DNA of 64,000 nucleotides from the NCBI GenBank assembly GCA_051294375.1, contig CM119267.1, positions 20,585,476-20,649,475 of the forward strand. The letters are read 5' to 3'. A model generated the notes under the pieces. That model was not told where the DNA came from. It worked only from the letters and a program-made list of their open reading frames with translations, and searched no databases. Origin of the DNA: Paraspadella gotoi (taxonomy: Eukaryota; Animalia; Chaetognatha). The translations under genes were made by a program, and so were the position numbers. Below, piece after piece: positions 1-12,603 of the stretch (the stretch's first letter is position 1; each line of letters starts with the position of its first letter).

Positions 1-3000
1 AGTTGAGTCAAGGTCGAGGTTGGCGACTTTGTTGGTGACTCGTTGGTGCCGAATCGATGCGGAGATGGGGATTTATTCACTGAAATTAAATTTTCTCGAT
101 TCGGGGACGGAGTACAATCTCTCGGGGTTTTAGAACTAGTTTTATTTTTAAAAGACTTCGTCGGAGAAGGCTCGATCATTTCAATGTGTTCATTATTCGT
201 CGTAGATTCATTCGACGACATAATTTCTTCCGATGTCGACGTTCGCGGTGTAGCACCACCAAGCGTGGTCCAAGAAGTCTGAAGCCGACAGAGGCCCACG
301 TCGGTGTCGTCGACGAAAAGTAGAATAATGCGTCTTTTGTGGGAGACGACGGTGGAAGGGTCCAATGTCGAACGCATCGACGGACGGTTTTCCAGAGATG
401 GAGGAAGCGGAGAGGATGAGATCGTATTCGAGGTCGACTTTGTAGACGGTAAAACTGGAAACGTAGTAGTTGCTAATAGGGGTCGTTTAGCGGGGAGTCC
501 GCCGAGCGCTTTTGCTCCAATTAGTCTCGTAGTCCCTTTTCCAGCCCAGGAAACCCGGCGACGAGGCGTCTTTTCTCTTCTCTTCGGAGTGGATGAGATG
601 CTAGATCGAGATGTGAACGATTCTTCCGACGATGCTTTTTCGAAGCCGCTGGTTTTATTTTCGTTGGCCTCTTCTTCGCCGTGAGCAGGAGCAACTTCCG
701 AAGAACTCGAAACCAAAAACGGCTTCTTTCGTTTCGCCGTTTCAACCCCGTTGTTAATATTGAGAGAATATTTTCGTTTTTTCCTAGAATTCTCTGAAAG
801 GAGGGAGGAGTCATTTGGTCGAATTTCTCCCGTCGCGGTTCCCGGGTTCTCGATGATGGCAACGTCGTCGTTGGACGCCATAACTGTCGCCGCTTCGATG
901 TTTTCCTGTTCGTCTTTCTTAGAAGTCAATTTCTCCGCGCTTCGACCAACATCTTTCTCGACTACACTGGATTCGCTCATGTCAAACGCCTCGTCCACCA
1001 ACTCTTCGTCGTCCTCCGAAATTGAACTCGTGTCGGAGACCTCTAGATCATCATTGGCGTCGCTGATCGAACGTCCTCGTCGCCGCACCGAGATGATTTG
1101 CACGTCGTCATCCGCGTCGATGACGATGACGGGCTGTTCGACAGTAGTTGCACACAATTCCTCGGTTTGTAGACACGGATCGGGATTCTCGATTGTTTTT
1201 GGAAAAACGCCGGACGATCCTTCGACGTCCACGCTATCGGCGCTGCGATTTAGCTCCTCGTTCTCATCCTCTTCTTCGCTTATTGTTCGACTCATCTCGT
1301 CCGTTTTTTTCCGTAAAAGCTCCAACTTTTGGCGTAGGATCGAAAGTTGATTTCCGGGAATTTCAGGACCAGCTTCCGTCGTTCGCTCTTCTTCTGTTGG
1401 CGAGGCATCGTCGTCTTGCACGAGAACAACGTCGCTATCGTCCAGGCAGACGTCCGGCGATCCTCCTAAAATAGGACCTGAAGGGCACCGCGACGAAGGT
1501 GACTCTGAGCCGCAGTCTCGATCGAGGGGGTCCGATCTTTCATCGTAAATACCTCCCAACGTTTCAAAGTCTTCCGTCTCCTTTCGCCGCCGCTTTCTCC
1601 GTGAGGGAGACTTGGAGCCCACCGAGTCATCGGAACAGCTAGAATGACTAATTTGAATCCCGCTGACGGAGGGAAAGTTTGACCAACGGTTTGTGACAAG
1701 CTTTACGGTCGGCAAGCAATTCCTCCCATGCTGCCCGGAGAACTGTCTTTTTGCTCGAGGTGATGCCATCGGAGATTTTGTCAATGAAGCCTTTGGAGAT
1801 TTTATTAATGATGACGTTGGTGATGAAGACAATGACTTTGGCAAAGATGCAGTTGGTGATTTTATCAAAGATACTGTTGGTAATTTTGTTAAAGATGGCG
1901 TCGGTGATTTTATCAGTGGTATCGATGAATTTCTTCGAGTTGTGTCGGGTGAAAAAGTTGTGTGCGATGACTTCGGAGATCTAGTCGACGATGAGGTCAG
2001 TGATTTTGAAGATTTATCGGGCGTGGATGAATTCTTTTCACTCGCGAAAGATTTCGATTTTACCAGTGACGGAAATACCGAAGGGGATTTCGCCTCTAAT
2101 GTGAGCGGAGCAGATGACTCGACTGAGGTTTTAGCTTTTAGAGAGATCGCGTAAGCTTTATTAGAACACTTGCTCGAAGATATTGCTGGAGATGTTGGGG
2201 GGATTTTTCTCGGGGATTTGCCAGGAGATTTTCTCGGAGAAAATGTTTTGGGTGGGGATTTGTTTTGAGCAGAGACGGGAGGGATCGTAGGAGAGACGGG
2301 GTGGACCGTAAAATGAGTCTTTGAGGAAGAATGAGACGGGGAGAGGAGAGTTAGAGGCGGGAACCTGGAAGAGGGAATCGGAGATTTGCAGGTTAATCGG
2401 AGGCTCGGTGGAGATTTTGTCGGGGAAGAGGAAGGAGAGGGACTCGTATTCGGAAAGGACAAGGCGGGTGACGAGGTTGCCTTCTTTCTCGGCGCTTTAG
2501 ACGCGTTCATCCCCTCAACCACGAGTCCAGCGACATTGGCCTCCAACACCTCCGCATCTTCGTCCAACGAACTAACGCTTCCTTTTCTCCTTTCGATAGT
2601 TTCGTTGATGACGTTGTCCGCCGAGATGGACACCACGCCGGGCACGGACGTTTCAAGCGACGCCGCCGCCGATTTATCCATTTTCCCCGCCGATCCGTCG
2701 TCCACTTCAACCGGACTTTGGAACGTGGGCGACAGAAGATCGTCTAGGTTTCCGCCCAGAATCTCCTCCGCCCTAACTTCCTCCAAGAAAAAGTTTTCTT
2801 GTCGCTCGAGGCAGCGGACGAGAGATTCGTTGGATGGCGTCGTAGCGGCGATCAACGGCTTAAGCGGAATCGTCTTCGGGGAAAGCAGCGTCGTCGGCAC
2901 TGGTGGTAAAGGGAGGAACGAAGGCGACGACGACAAGGACTTCGTCTTAGGGGAGAGCTGCGCTTCTAAATCTATCCTAGGGGACAACTGGTTCTTCTCT

Positions 3001-6000
3001 CCATAATCCTTGTTCACAGCATCTTCGCCGGATTTTTCGAAGTCAGACACAGCGAAGAAGGGTTCGCTCAACCCCACGATATCGATATCCGAACAGTCTT
3101 TCATTGACACGACGTCGGATTCTTTGGAAGCGACGGCGTCAATACTTTCTTCCGCGACGATGACGACGTCCGAGTCTTTCGTTACTTCATCCAACTCAAC
3201 AACTATAGGCTCAACGTTGGTCATATTCTTGGCCTCCTTCAATTCTCGATTCGAAGAGATTGGCGAAGCGATTTTTTTCTCAACGACGCCATCTTTATTG
3301 CCTTCAGAATCGAGCGATATTACTTGCGGTTCCTCGACTTTTCCCTTTAATTTATCGCAGCTCGTCTCAGTCGGCGCGTCCGTCTCAACCTGCGGGATCT
3401 CTGAGGGAAAAATGCCCGAATTAGTGACGCTTACAACTTCCGCATCTGACGCCTCGACAAAATCGTTCGATTTCGCATTAACCGATTCTTTGAATCCGTA
3501 GCGGTTTGATTCGGTTGTCGTTTCGACAGGTGGAGGAATAGAGCTGTTCGCCTCATCGGAGCTAAAGCCGCTCTCTTCGACTGGTTCAGCATGGTTGGCG
3601 GTAACGCCGACGGGAGGTGCACTCTCAACAGATGAGTCCGCTGCTGAAGATTCTGGATTAACTGGAGTCTCAATGGGAAGATCAATAGCATCAGCAGTTC
3701 CGCCGTCCTCGGTTCCATCGCAACCGTCTCTGGTATCGTCGTCGCCGCCTTCGAATCCGACTCCCGAATCCGCGCCAAATCCTTCGGTTCGATCGCCGTT
3801 CTGTTCGCCCCCTTCGCCCTCACCCTCTCCTCCTCCGCCACCGCCGCCGTCTTCTCCACCACCGGGTGGCGGAGAGTCCTCCTTTTTATGATGAGGATCG
3901 GGTTCCGGACTCCACTCTTCCTCTTCTTCCTCCTCCTCATCGGGAAAATCCTCGTCGCCTTCGTAGTCGTGATCCAACTTGATGTCACGAACGAGTTTTC
4001 GTCGTCGCGTGGATTTTTGTCGTCGGGATCTCGGATTTTCCGCGGCAGTCTCATTTACCTCCCCATTCTCCATTTCTTTCCCGTTGTCCGCTACCGGAAA
4101 AGGCGAAGGGGGTTGGGAACATTCGGTGGAGACTGAGGTTAAGGATTCGTTGAGGGCGGGTTGGACGGATTCTTTGGCAGACTTTCTGCCCGCCTTTTTT
4201 TCTTTCGGCTTTTTATCCGCCTTTGGCTTTCGACCTTTCTTTCGTTTGACGTCCTCTTCTTCGCTGTCCGACGCGAAAACGGACAGATCCAGTTCCATTC
4301 GCTTACCTGAAGAGAAAGGAAGAAGGAAATGATTTTAAACAAACGGACGAAGAACAATATATAAAAGCAAACGTAAGCCATTCATATTGTCGTTTCCTAT
4401 CGGACTTTCAGTCCACGCTTCTTACCGACGGCCATGTTGATTAGATGCCGATTCTTCTTATCCTCTTTCTGAAACTTGGACTTGATCTCTTCTCTCGATC
4501 TCGTTCGAAAAAGTTGGGCGATGAGCGTAAAGTCAGTTCCCACCATTCGAAGCGCCTTGTAAAATTTGACCGTTTCCCTCTCGCTCCACATCTGAAAAAA
4601 AAAGTGAATTGCGGAGAAATGTTTGTTTGCAGAGTAGAAGCAAAACTTATAAAATTTTTAACCTTGCTTCGCGGCTTCTTTGACTTGAAAGATTGATAGT
4701 TGGTGGTGGAGTAATTATTTTCCACCAGTGTTCCAGCTTCCAAAACCCTATCGGACCCGGGCTGCTCGATTGTGAGGCTCGAATCGTCGATCACGATGCG
4801 TCCATCCTCCGTTACCTATGAGACGCGATCGTTCGCTCGTTTAGCGCGACTTCACCAAAAATTCGCCTTAAACAATAAACGTCTAAATTTTCGTTTCTAC
4901 TACCTTGACTTGTGGCACAGGCATAGCATCCTCCACGGGAGCCGAGACAGATTTGGTTTCCGGCGAACTTTTCGACGGCGCCGACCCGACCTCCGGCGAA
5001 TTACTTCGAGAAGACTGGGCTTCTTTTTCCGAAGAAGGAAGTTTGCCTAAGTTGAGTGCGAAACGTGATAAAATACGAATTCGGCATTGACGGGCGGAAA
5101 GGGAAAAAAATAGGCTCACCCTGCCAGTTCATAGGTTCGGTGTCGGGGTTCCAATATATCAAATCCCTCATGGTCTTCGGCTTCACTCCTAAAAATAAAG
5201 ATTTTTAAAAAATAAAAAGTTATAACAAAATCATTCTGTATTGAAGTTCCAATTTTTATCAACGAGAACTCTCGCAAAAAACACGAGCTTTTGTTAAGAG
5301 GCATATAAGGGCAAGCATTCCTGGCTTTTACCTTCCCCGAGGGAGTTCTTCTTCACTTTCCTGGGCGCCTTTCCAGTCTTGGCTTTCTTGGACGGAGGTG
5401 CTAAGTCTTCGTCATCTCTCAAAGACTGGGATGGCGACCGAGACCCATCTCCAAAGTCCTCATTTTCCAAGGGAGAGTCTGCATTTAGGGGCGGGGTTCC
5501 AGTCGCAGCAATGGCAGCGGAAGGCTCAATTGAAGACGGTTGATGCCATGAAGATGAACCGCTTGTTGCAGATTTAACAAAAACATTTTTTTGATCCTCT
5601 TCACCTCCAAGAGGTTCCCTGTGCGAAGACAGTTCCGCCATAGGATCGGTCACGTCTGTTATCAAAATATCCTTGGCTCTTCCCGCATCTGATTTGACAG
5701 AAATGGACTCGAGCGAAACGATCTTCCCACGTGAACCATCAGGCGGGCGAGAGGATGCCGACTTTTCGGACGTTTCGCCAGCGCACACTTCAGTCTTTTG
5801 GGAAGAGATCTTTTCCTCGGGTTTTGACGACGAAAGTGAGGACTTTCTGAACGACAAAGTGGGTCTTCTCAATCCCGCTCCAGGTCTCCTCAATCCGGCG
5901 CCGGGCATTCGAAAAGGAGCGGCGGACCCCGAGGACTTGGGCCTCGATGGAGAATCCACAACATCCTCGCCGCGATTTGAACCTTCAACGCTCCTGGCGG

Positions 6001-7601
6001 GAGAGACCAAAGCGGCTCTCGTCGCTGATTCGTTTTCACTATCGCCCGAAGCGACGGCGATCCCGCTCTCGCCCTCTTTGTTCGCGACGGCTTCAGGTAC
6101 TTCATCGTTTGAAGACGAGGGTGCTTGGGCGTCAGATATGGAGGCCGTTCCAGAGGCCGTTGAATCTCGCGTCGCGATTTTGGGTTTAATGTTAGCGCGA
6201 CGACGAAAGACGGACGCCGAGCCGCTGCCAGACGATGCAGCCAGGGAAGCTGACTTCTTAAAACGAGAAGTAGAGAGATTGAGCTTAAATGGAGCAGAGG
6301 TAGTCGGTGTCGTAGTGGATGGCGTAGGGTCAGCAGGGTCCAAAGACTTATCAATTAAATTTTCTTCTTTCGTTTTAGAGTCGATTGGTGCTGACAGGGA
6401 AGCTTCTGGTGTCGATGATTTTTGACGATCATAAGTTTCCGAGTTAACTTCAGATTTATGTAAAAGTTTATGATCCTCATTTTTGGAAACAGTCGGTTGT
6501 AAAACATCTTCCACGGTTTTCAATGATTCGGTGGGTGGGATGTCGGAAAGCTTTAACAGAGGTTTTGCGTGAATCGGCTTTTCGTCGCCAGTTTTGTTTG
6601 AAGAAGTCGACGATAAAGAATCTTTGTCTGCAAATTTCGTATCGAGGCTGACTGGAGAAGAAGCAAATAGAGAAGCGGATTTTTTAAAGCGAGACTTGGA
6701 GAGGGTAAGTTTCGAGCGAGCAGGTGTCGTGGGCGTTTTGGCAACCGTGTTACTATTTGTTGACGCCGAGGAAGACGTTTGGTCAGAATCTGACAGCTTG
6801 AGAATTTTGTTGTCCACCGGTTTTTTAGAATCAGTAGGGACCGCCTCATTAGCAACATTTTTAGCGGAAGTGAATGGAGATAAATCCTTGTTTGTTTTTG
6901 AAAGATCATTTTCGCCTGTCGATTCCGTCTTCGAATTATCCAAACCCGAATCGGCATACACCGTCTCTTTGGGCACGGGAGATGCTTTTGAGGTTGACGC
7001 AGATGGCGTGGAGTCAGAAGCGGGAGCGCGCGCGAACAATTTGGGTTTAACGTTGGAGCGGCGCCTGAAGACGGAAGCGGAGCCGGTGTCCGACAGAGCG
7101 CCGAGAGAAGCTGACTTTTTGAAGCGAGACTTGGAAAGAGTGAGCTTTTGAAAAACTGGAGGAGTCGTCGCTGGTCCGGAAACTGCGGCCCCATCGCTCT
7201 GAGCCGAATCTGTCTTTTCGGAAACGAATGATTTGGAAGTGACCAACGAGGGTGTCTTGGTCATTGTCGTCTCTGAACTTGTGACGCGAACGTCGGCATA
7301 ATTGGTTTCGCCCACAGGGTTATTAGTTTTGGACTCATCGGAATCCTTGGATTCCGCAGCGGGAGTCTCATCAGGCAATGTTTGTTCGCGGCGATCACTT
7401 TCGGTGAGGAAACCAACCGGCTCGGAAGAGAGAGAGAGTTGCTGCGGTTACAGAAAGATTGGATGAGGCGGCGGGCGTGCTATCAGATGCGGCGGGTGAA
7501 GGCGATTCTACGGAGGCCGGCTTGAGCTTGCCCCGCACAGACAAATTCGGCCTCGTTAAATTTGGCTTAATGTTTAAACGGCGACGAAACACGGACGACA
7601 T
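1..7601 (-). CDS. BDP1: Transcription factor TFIIIB B'' subunit (BDP1), multi-exon, 3' end beyond window edge
   Basis: Exons approx. 7601-5332, 5188-5120, 5046-4904, 4815-4663, 4591-4426 and 4306-<1, with GT-AG introns. Motifs: N-terminal SVFRRRLNIKPNL; KTMRDLIYWNP; VPQVKV..DGRIVIDDSSL; SANT/Myb domain WSERETVKFYKALRMVGTDFTLIAQLFRTRSREEIKSKFQKEDKKN. The last exon reads in one S/P/E-rich frame wherever spot-checked. There is a frame break at a (CT)6 tract near 7430. Confidence 0.9.
1765..1915 (-). repeat. Degenerate 24-bp coding tandem repeat (KSPxxSLx octapeptide) in BDP1
   Basis: Translates as SPTPSLTK, LPTVSLIK, SPTASLPK, SPTSSLIK, SPKASLTK. Confidence 0.7.
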
Positions 7602-8062
7602 TTTTTTTTCTCGGGTCCCTTGAGACGAGCCGCGAACAATTCCTTAATTATAATTTCATCTAGATCAATTTGTATTCAAAGGAAAATCGGTGAGAAATTC
7701 AAATAATGCAAGGTAAATGTTTATTGCAATCAAAATATAATAAGAAAAGAAAAACGGTAAACATAATCTTAATGTACGTATTTACAGATCTGGATCGTAT
7801 ATCATATATGGTATCAGTGCAATCACGGGTTTATAACTTTAGCCAGCTAAAATTATTAAAAACATTTTTTTTTGTTTACATCGAAATCACGAGGAAAAAA
7901 CAAAATACTAATGCGTTTAAGATTTCTGTAGTATATAACTGGTCATTTAATATTTATCTAAAAGCGAAAAATATACAAAGCATTTCGATAATGTGATAAA
8001 CTATTTCGACCCTTAAAAAAACAAAACAAAAAAACTCAGAACAACAAAAAATTCTTGGACGT

Positions 8063-11000
8063 TTAGTGTGACGATTTTGACGTCTCTCCAGTTTTTTTAA
8101 CGCCGGCTGGGACCCCACCGCCGGGAGCTGCTCCACCGTCACTATTGCCGTTCTTCAACTCGGGCAATTCCGCGAAAGCTTTGAAACTTTTGCAGCCTTT
8201 CGGGGCCGCCACTGCGTCGAGATACATCTCTAACCGAGGTCGAGGATGTCCGTTTAAAGTTCGAACAGAAGTTCTTAAATATGAATTGACGACGGCGGAG
8301 ATGCTAAAGTTACGAATCAACGCGTATTCAATAAATTTCGGCCCTGCAGGGGAAAAACGAAAAGCAATTAACGTATTGACAAAATAATGAAAGCTAAATA
8401 AAAAAGAATACCTTCAACGGTGAACTTGTCTCGTCTAACTTCCACTCCATCAATAAGCATCATCATCACTTTTTCCTGAAAAGATTGGAGCAAAAAACCA
8501 AGTTAAATTCATAATTTAACTTTATTAAAGAGAAACGTCCATTTTTTTTCGGGTAGTTTTAAGTATACCGCAGTGGTGAAAACAACAACCTTTTTGTCCA
8601 TTTTTTTCGTTTTTGGCGGCGAGGGTTTGCTTTCGTACGTGCGAAGATTCTTGACTCGGAACTCGAACGATAACAGCGCGGTCTTCTTCATGCTACTTAC
8701 AAACGGGGTTGGCACTAAATAGGGAATGATAAGAAAAAAGTATTGTAGTTACAACTAATAATTTTAAGGGTATAGAAAAAAATCGCTCCGAGCCAAAACA
8801 TCAACGATAAAAATGATCGGGTTGAAAAACAAAAAAAATTAAAAAACAGTTGCACTCACTTGCCACCCTAGTCATTTTAACCTTCGTCGACCAAGAGCCT
8901 TTCATCTTAGGCAACTTGGTGAGAAGGAGTCGCAGATGGAGATCGAAATATTTTTTGCGGCGCTGAGTAAGTTGCTCGGCGTTGGTGGCGGAGCGATAAT
9001 CGACGGAAGAGGCGAAGCTGTCGCCCAACGAAGTGCCGAAGGCGTAGAAAAATCGGTTGGCCATTTCGAGCTTGTCGTACTTTTGAGTTCTTTTGAGTAA
9101 AAAAGTTTTTCAAAAATTTTCAGTTATTTTTCACGATTCCGATTATTATTATCATATTTCAAGTCGTCTAAATTAAAAGAAGACATTTTCCCCACTCACT
9201 CTACGTCCTGCGAAGTCATGTTCTCAGTGGCATATTTTTCCGCGGCGCGCCTCGAAGCCACGGGAGCCATCAGATCCGGCTCGTCGACCGGCGTTTGTTC
9301 CGGTCCGTCAGGAGCTGGAAAAAAACAATTTAATGTCGAAATGCGTCCAAACCAAAGGAGTAATAATTCCAAAACTTTCCCCTTTCTAAAACTTTACCTT
9401 CCTCGAATGTGACCTTGAAGGAGATATAGGGATCGGTCTTGACTCTGTTCTCGATGAAGGAGCGGAACGCCTTGCTGATTTCCGCTTTGCTCACAGTCGA
9501 TCTTTCGAAAAGCGTCACCGCGTTTTTCCAAGAGAGTTCCGAATCAAGTCTCGGGGGGAAAATTGGGAAATACGAATCACGCGTCGCAAAAAAAAAAAAG
9601 AACAAAAAAAAGGAGAAATAATTGGGAGCCTCACTTCATCGGGGCCTTTTCTTGAATCGAGATGAACCCGCTGTGAATTTCTCTGAATGACTTCATCATC
9701 CTGATATGAAGAAGGGAGAGCGTTAATTAAAGAGAATCGCGACTTGAAAAAAAAATGTCTCTAACCCGGCGACGAGTTCCTCTATGGACGAAGACATCCT
9801 CAAGGAGTCGCCGACAAAGAGGGGCGTCGAGGAGGAATCAAGTGGAGTCACGATCGCCGTCGGTTTCGCCTGAGAGACGGGATTTTTTAATGAGGGAGCC
9901 CAGTTGCCCTTTTCATTCGTTTCGATTTCTTACGAACCTGCGAGGATTCTCCTCCCTCGGGTGATTTGGACGCGTCCTCGATCCCCGCCTCCACTTCTTC
10001 TCGCAAACGTTGAATGAGAGTCATCTTCCTGGAAAAATTAAGGGTTTTTTTTGTTTTCTATTGCGATGGCGAGGCGGATCGATGGGAAAAACTTACTTTT
10101 TTGTTTTCTCGTGCGTGACCATCGTAAGAAGATTCCTGTCTAACTTTGGAAACTGTTGTAACCAATCGCTGAACCGAGGCTGAATCTGATCTTTAGTGGT
10201 CTCCTGGAAAACGCATTATTGATTGAAAGGGACTTGGCAAATAACAAAAACGCATCCTCAAAATGAACTCACGAGCTTTCCGAGATATTTTCCAACTTTT
10301 CTCATGACATTGATGACCAGTTGCAAAGGTCGGTTATTTTCGACAGTTCCTTTTCGATGATTAAACTCTTGCAAAGGTTTACCCTGTAAATGTTTAGCGT
10401 AAGGGAGGACTCGTTTATATTATTTGCATCAACAGATCAGGAGATTACAAATTTATAGGAGAGGAAATCGCTAACGCGCTAACCTGAAAGTCCATGACCT
10501 TGAGTTCAGCAAACTCTTTCGATGGAATCTGATTGTTGATCAGCATTGAGATGGATGCGGGAGCGACCCCCTCCGACTTGACGAGTTCGATCTCTTTTCC
10601 CGACTTTGGCGCCAAGACGAACCCAGTCAATGCGGAATTCTTCAGGAATCCCAGGAAACTGAGGAAAGAGGACGAAGGTATCACAATAAGTTCGTTTATC
10701 TTCTGAAAGCCTCAACGCTCTTGAGCGATTCCCGTCCTATCGACTTCCTTTCAGCCAGAACTCAACTACTCACGGGTAGTACTTTCCACCCTTCATCTCG
10801 AGCGGTCTGTCGTACAAATTCCCGACGTTGATGAACTGTGTCATCCAGAAAGAAAAATTGCGGAAGAAAAACTCGAACTTCATTGGATCGGGCATGTTGG
10901 AAGGTGTAAACGAGCCAAGCGATGTGCCGAACTGTAAAAAGGAAAAGGAAAATGTTTTTTACAATATTAGATGTGCGAATCCTAAATTCGCCTCCCGCAT

Positions 11001-11963
11001 AGCTTAGTGAAACTCAGCTGTCCAAGCCAATGGGCGAGTTCCGGGTTCAATACCCTCACGGTCATGCTGGTTAAGTGTTATGGTGTCGGCATAAACACAC
11101 CAGTGATATGGGGTGGTTACTGCAGGTCCAAAGCTCTGAGAGCCAGCTATCGGGAGATGCCTCACACCCCGGACATCACACATCTTTCCCCGTTGCCATA
11201 CTTCATTTTTCATAGAAACATAAACTACCTTTCTGGTGATTAAAAAACAATTTTGAACTTCTGGGGAGTTGACAATTTCCGACCCATTTCTTTTTCGCCA
11301 GACCCACGAGCCACTAAGATATAAAACATATCTTAAAAGCTGCTTGTCATAACGCTATGGATTTTTATTTTATACAGTCATGTGCAAAAAAATCGTGCCA
11401 CTTTATTTCAGAATTTTAAAATAACTATATATATACTTGAATTTTTAAAAAAAGTAAAGTAAGTAAGTGAATTAAAATTTATTGAAAAATGATAAGTTTG
11501 GCATAAATTTTATTAAAATCGGGCAATCCGTTTAAGAGCAGTGATTTTTTTTAAATGAAAAAAAATTACACTGGACATCCGGAGGGATAGCCGGATAACT
11601 GGATTACCCCTGATCCCTAAATAATAATCTTAAGGTTATTGAAACATTGGACCTCTCTTTCATCGTATATTTTGAAGCTTTTAGATAAAAGTCGATTTTC
11701 CATTTGATTTTAAAACACTCAAGTTTAAAAAATCATATCTCCTAAACCACTTGACCGATTGTAATAAAATTTAGAAACATTGATTCCTTTTTTTAAAAAA
11801 ATTAATTTTCTTATATAATTTTTAAAAATATCTTTATTGAGTGTCTGGAATTTAAAGTTATAAAATGGCGCGTTTTTTTTGCACAGGATATAAGTTTTTG
11901 TATAGGTTTTGTCATGGGCAATCATTATCACCTGGTCTCCAATCCGTGCAGAAACGACAATTC
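8063..11963 (-). CDS. Uncharacterised multi-exon protein; 5' end unresolved
   Basis: About 13 short GT-AG exons join into an open frame, e.g. VRHIAWLVYTFQH...GWKVLP / KINELIVIPSSSFLSFLGFLK... / LDSELSWKNAVTLFERS... / GPKFIEYALIRNFSISAVV...KSSH*. No family recognised. A probable upstream exon (NCRFCTDWRP) lies at about 11963-11932. Confidence 0.6.
10990..11213 (+). mobile_element. tRNA-derived SINE (family C) carrying a twister-like domain
   Basis: A-box-like TAGCTTAGTGA (11000-11010) and B-box-like GGTTCAATACC (11044-11054). The twister fold follows at 11066-11147. The 3' part GAGATGCC...CATCACA...GTTGCCATA is shared with family B, and the element ends in a TTCAT-repeat tail. Confidence 0.75.
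11066..11147 (+). ncRNA. P5-type twister ribozyme fold, probably inactivated
   Basis: P5 GCUGGUU/AGCCAGC; P2 GUGU/ACAC; L1 UAUGG and UAA; P3 AGUGAU/GUUACU; P4 CAGG/UCUG; L4 UCCAAAGC; T1 CCA/UGG. The general-base G position is U and T2 has a mismatch (AC vs GC). Confidence 0.75.
11375..11890. mobile_element. Degenerate Tc1/mariner-type MITE
   Basis: Left end TA-CAGTCATGTGCAAAAAAATCGTGCCACTTTAT; right end ATAAAATGGCGCGTTTTTTTTGCACAGGATA-TA. Imperfect TIRs, TA flanks and an AT-rich non-coding interior. Confidence 0.6.
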
Positions 11964-12603
11964 TGAGGAGGTGAAAACAGAATTGAGTTGCGAAATAGAT
12001 AAAACAGGAACTCGGAACATTTGATCCAAATCAGGAAGGTTCGGCGGTTGTGCGGCGGCGTGCAAAAGACGGATCTTCAAAAAAGAAACCTTAAATGTAG
12101 CGACTGAGGCGGAACAGGTGACAAACTAGCAGAAGTCCGGTATAAATATTGTTAATGTGTTTATTAAAGATCGTGAAAATAAAAAGAATCTTATAGTTAA
12201 ACGCATGGAAGCTATTTTATAATTATTCCAAATACTAAAAAATGTAAAAACAGATCTTTTGGTAAATTTTTATTTTTTTTTATCAGATTCTGATAAAGCT
12301 TGAAAAGTTAGATGAAGGTTATTATTATAACTTTTTGATATTTTAATGATTTGTCTATGAAAATTAACAAAAACTATCAAATTTATTGAATGATGATGAC
12401 TTTTTAAGTTTTTTTTCAAATTTTAACCCATTTATGATTAAAAAATTTAAAATTTGTAATACTAACCTTTATCAGAATCTATTTTTAAAAGGACAAAAGA
12501 CTTTTATTGCAGACTGTTTCATGTTGTAAAAAAATGTTAAATTCTGGCCCGCCTTAGTAGCCACGTTTCATCACAATCCACGGAAAAAAAATCCAAAGTA
12601 AAC

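Noticed and set aside
6330-6350. GGTCCAAAG and similar twister-loop-like words in coding DNA (also about 27160 and 44790)
   Set aside because: No flanking P4/P2/P5 pairing or L1 partner.
43-7194. Many plus-strand ORFs (e.g. 751-1350, 2386-3006, 5673-6425)
   Set aside because: They are antisense shadows in a constant frame relative to the long BDP1 exons; the same applies to the plus-strand ORFs over other genes.
10774-10932. Alternative frame FGTSLGSF..MPDPMKFEFF as gene start, echoing FGTSLG at about 9040
   Set aside because: Its splice phase is incompatible with the next exon, whereas the other open frame joins correctly; the peptide echo is probably chance.
10990-11060. Possible tRNA gene
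   Set aside because: A/B boxes are present but there is no proper cloverleaf or terminator, and the sequence continues into a repeat body, so it is a SINE head.
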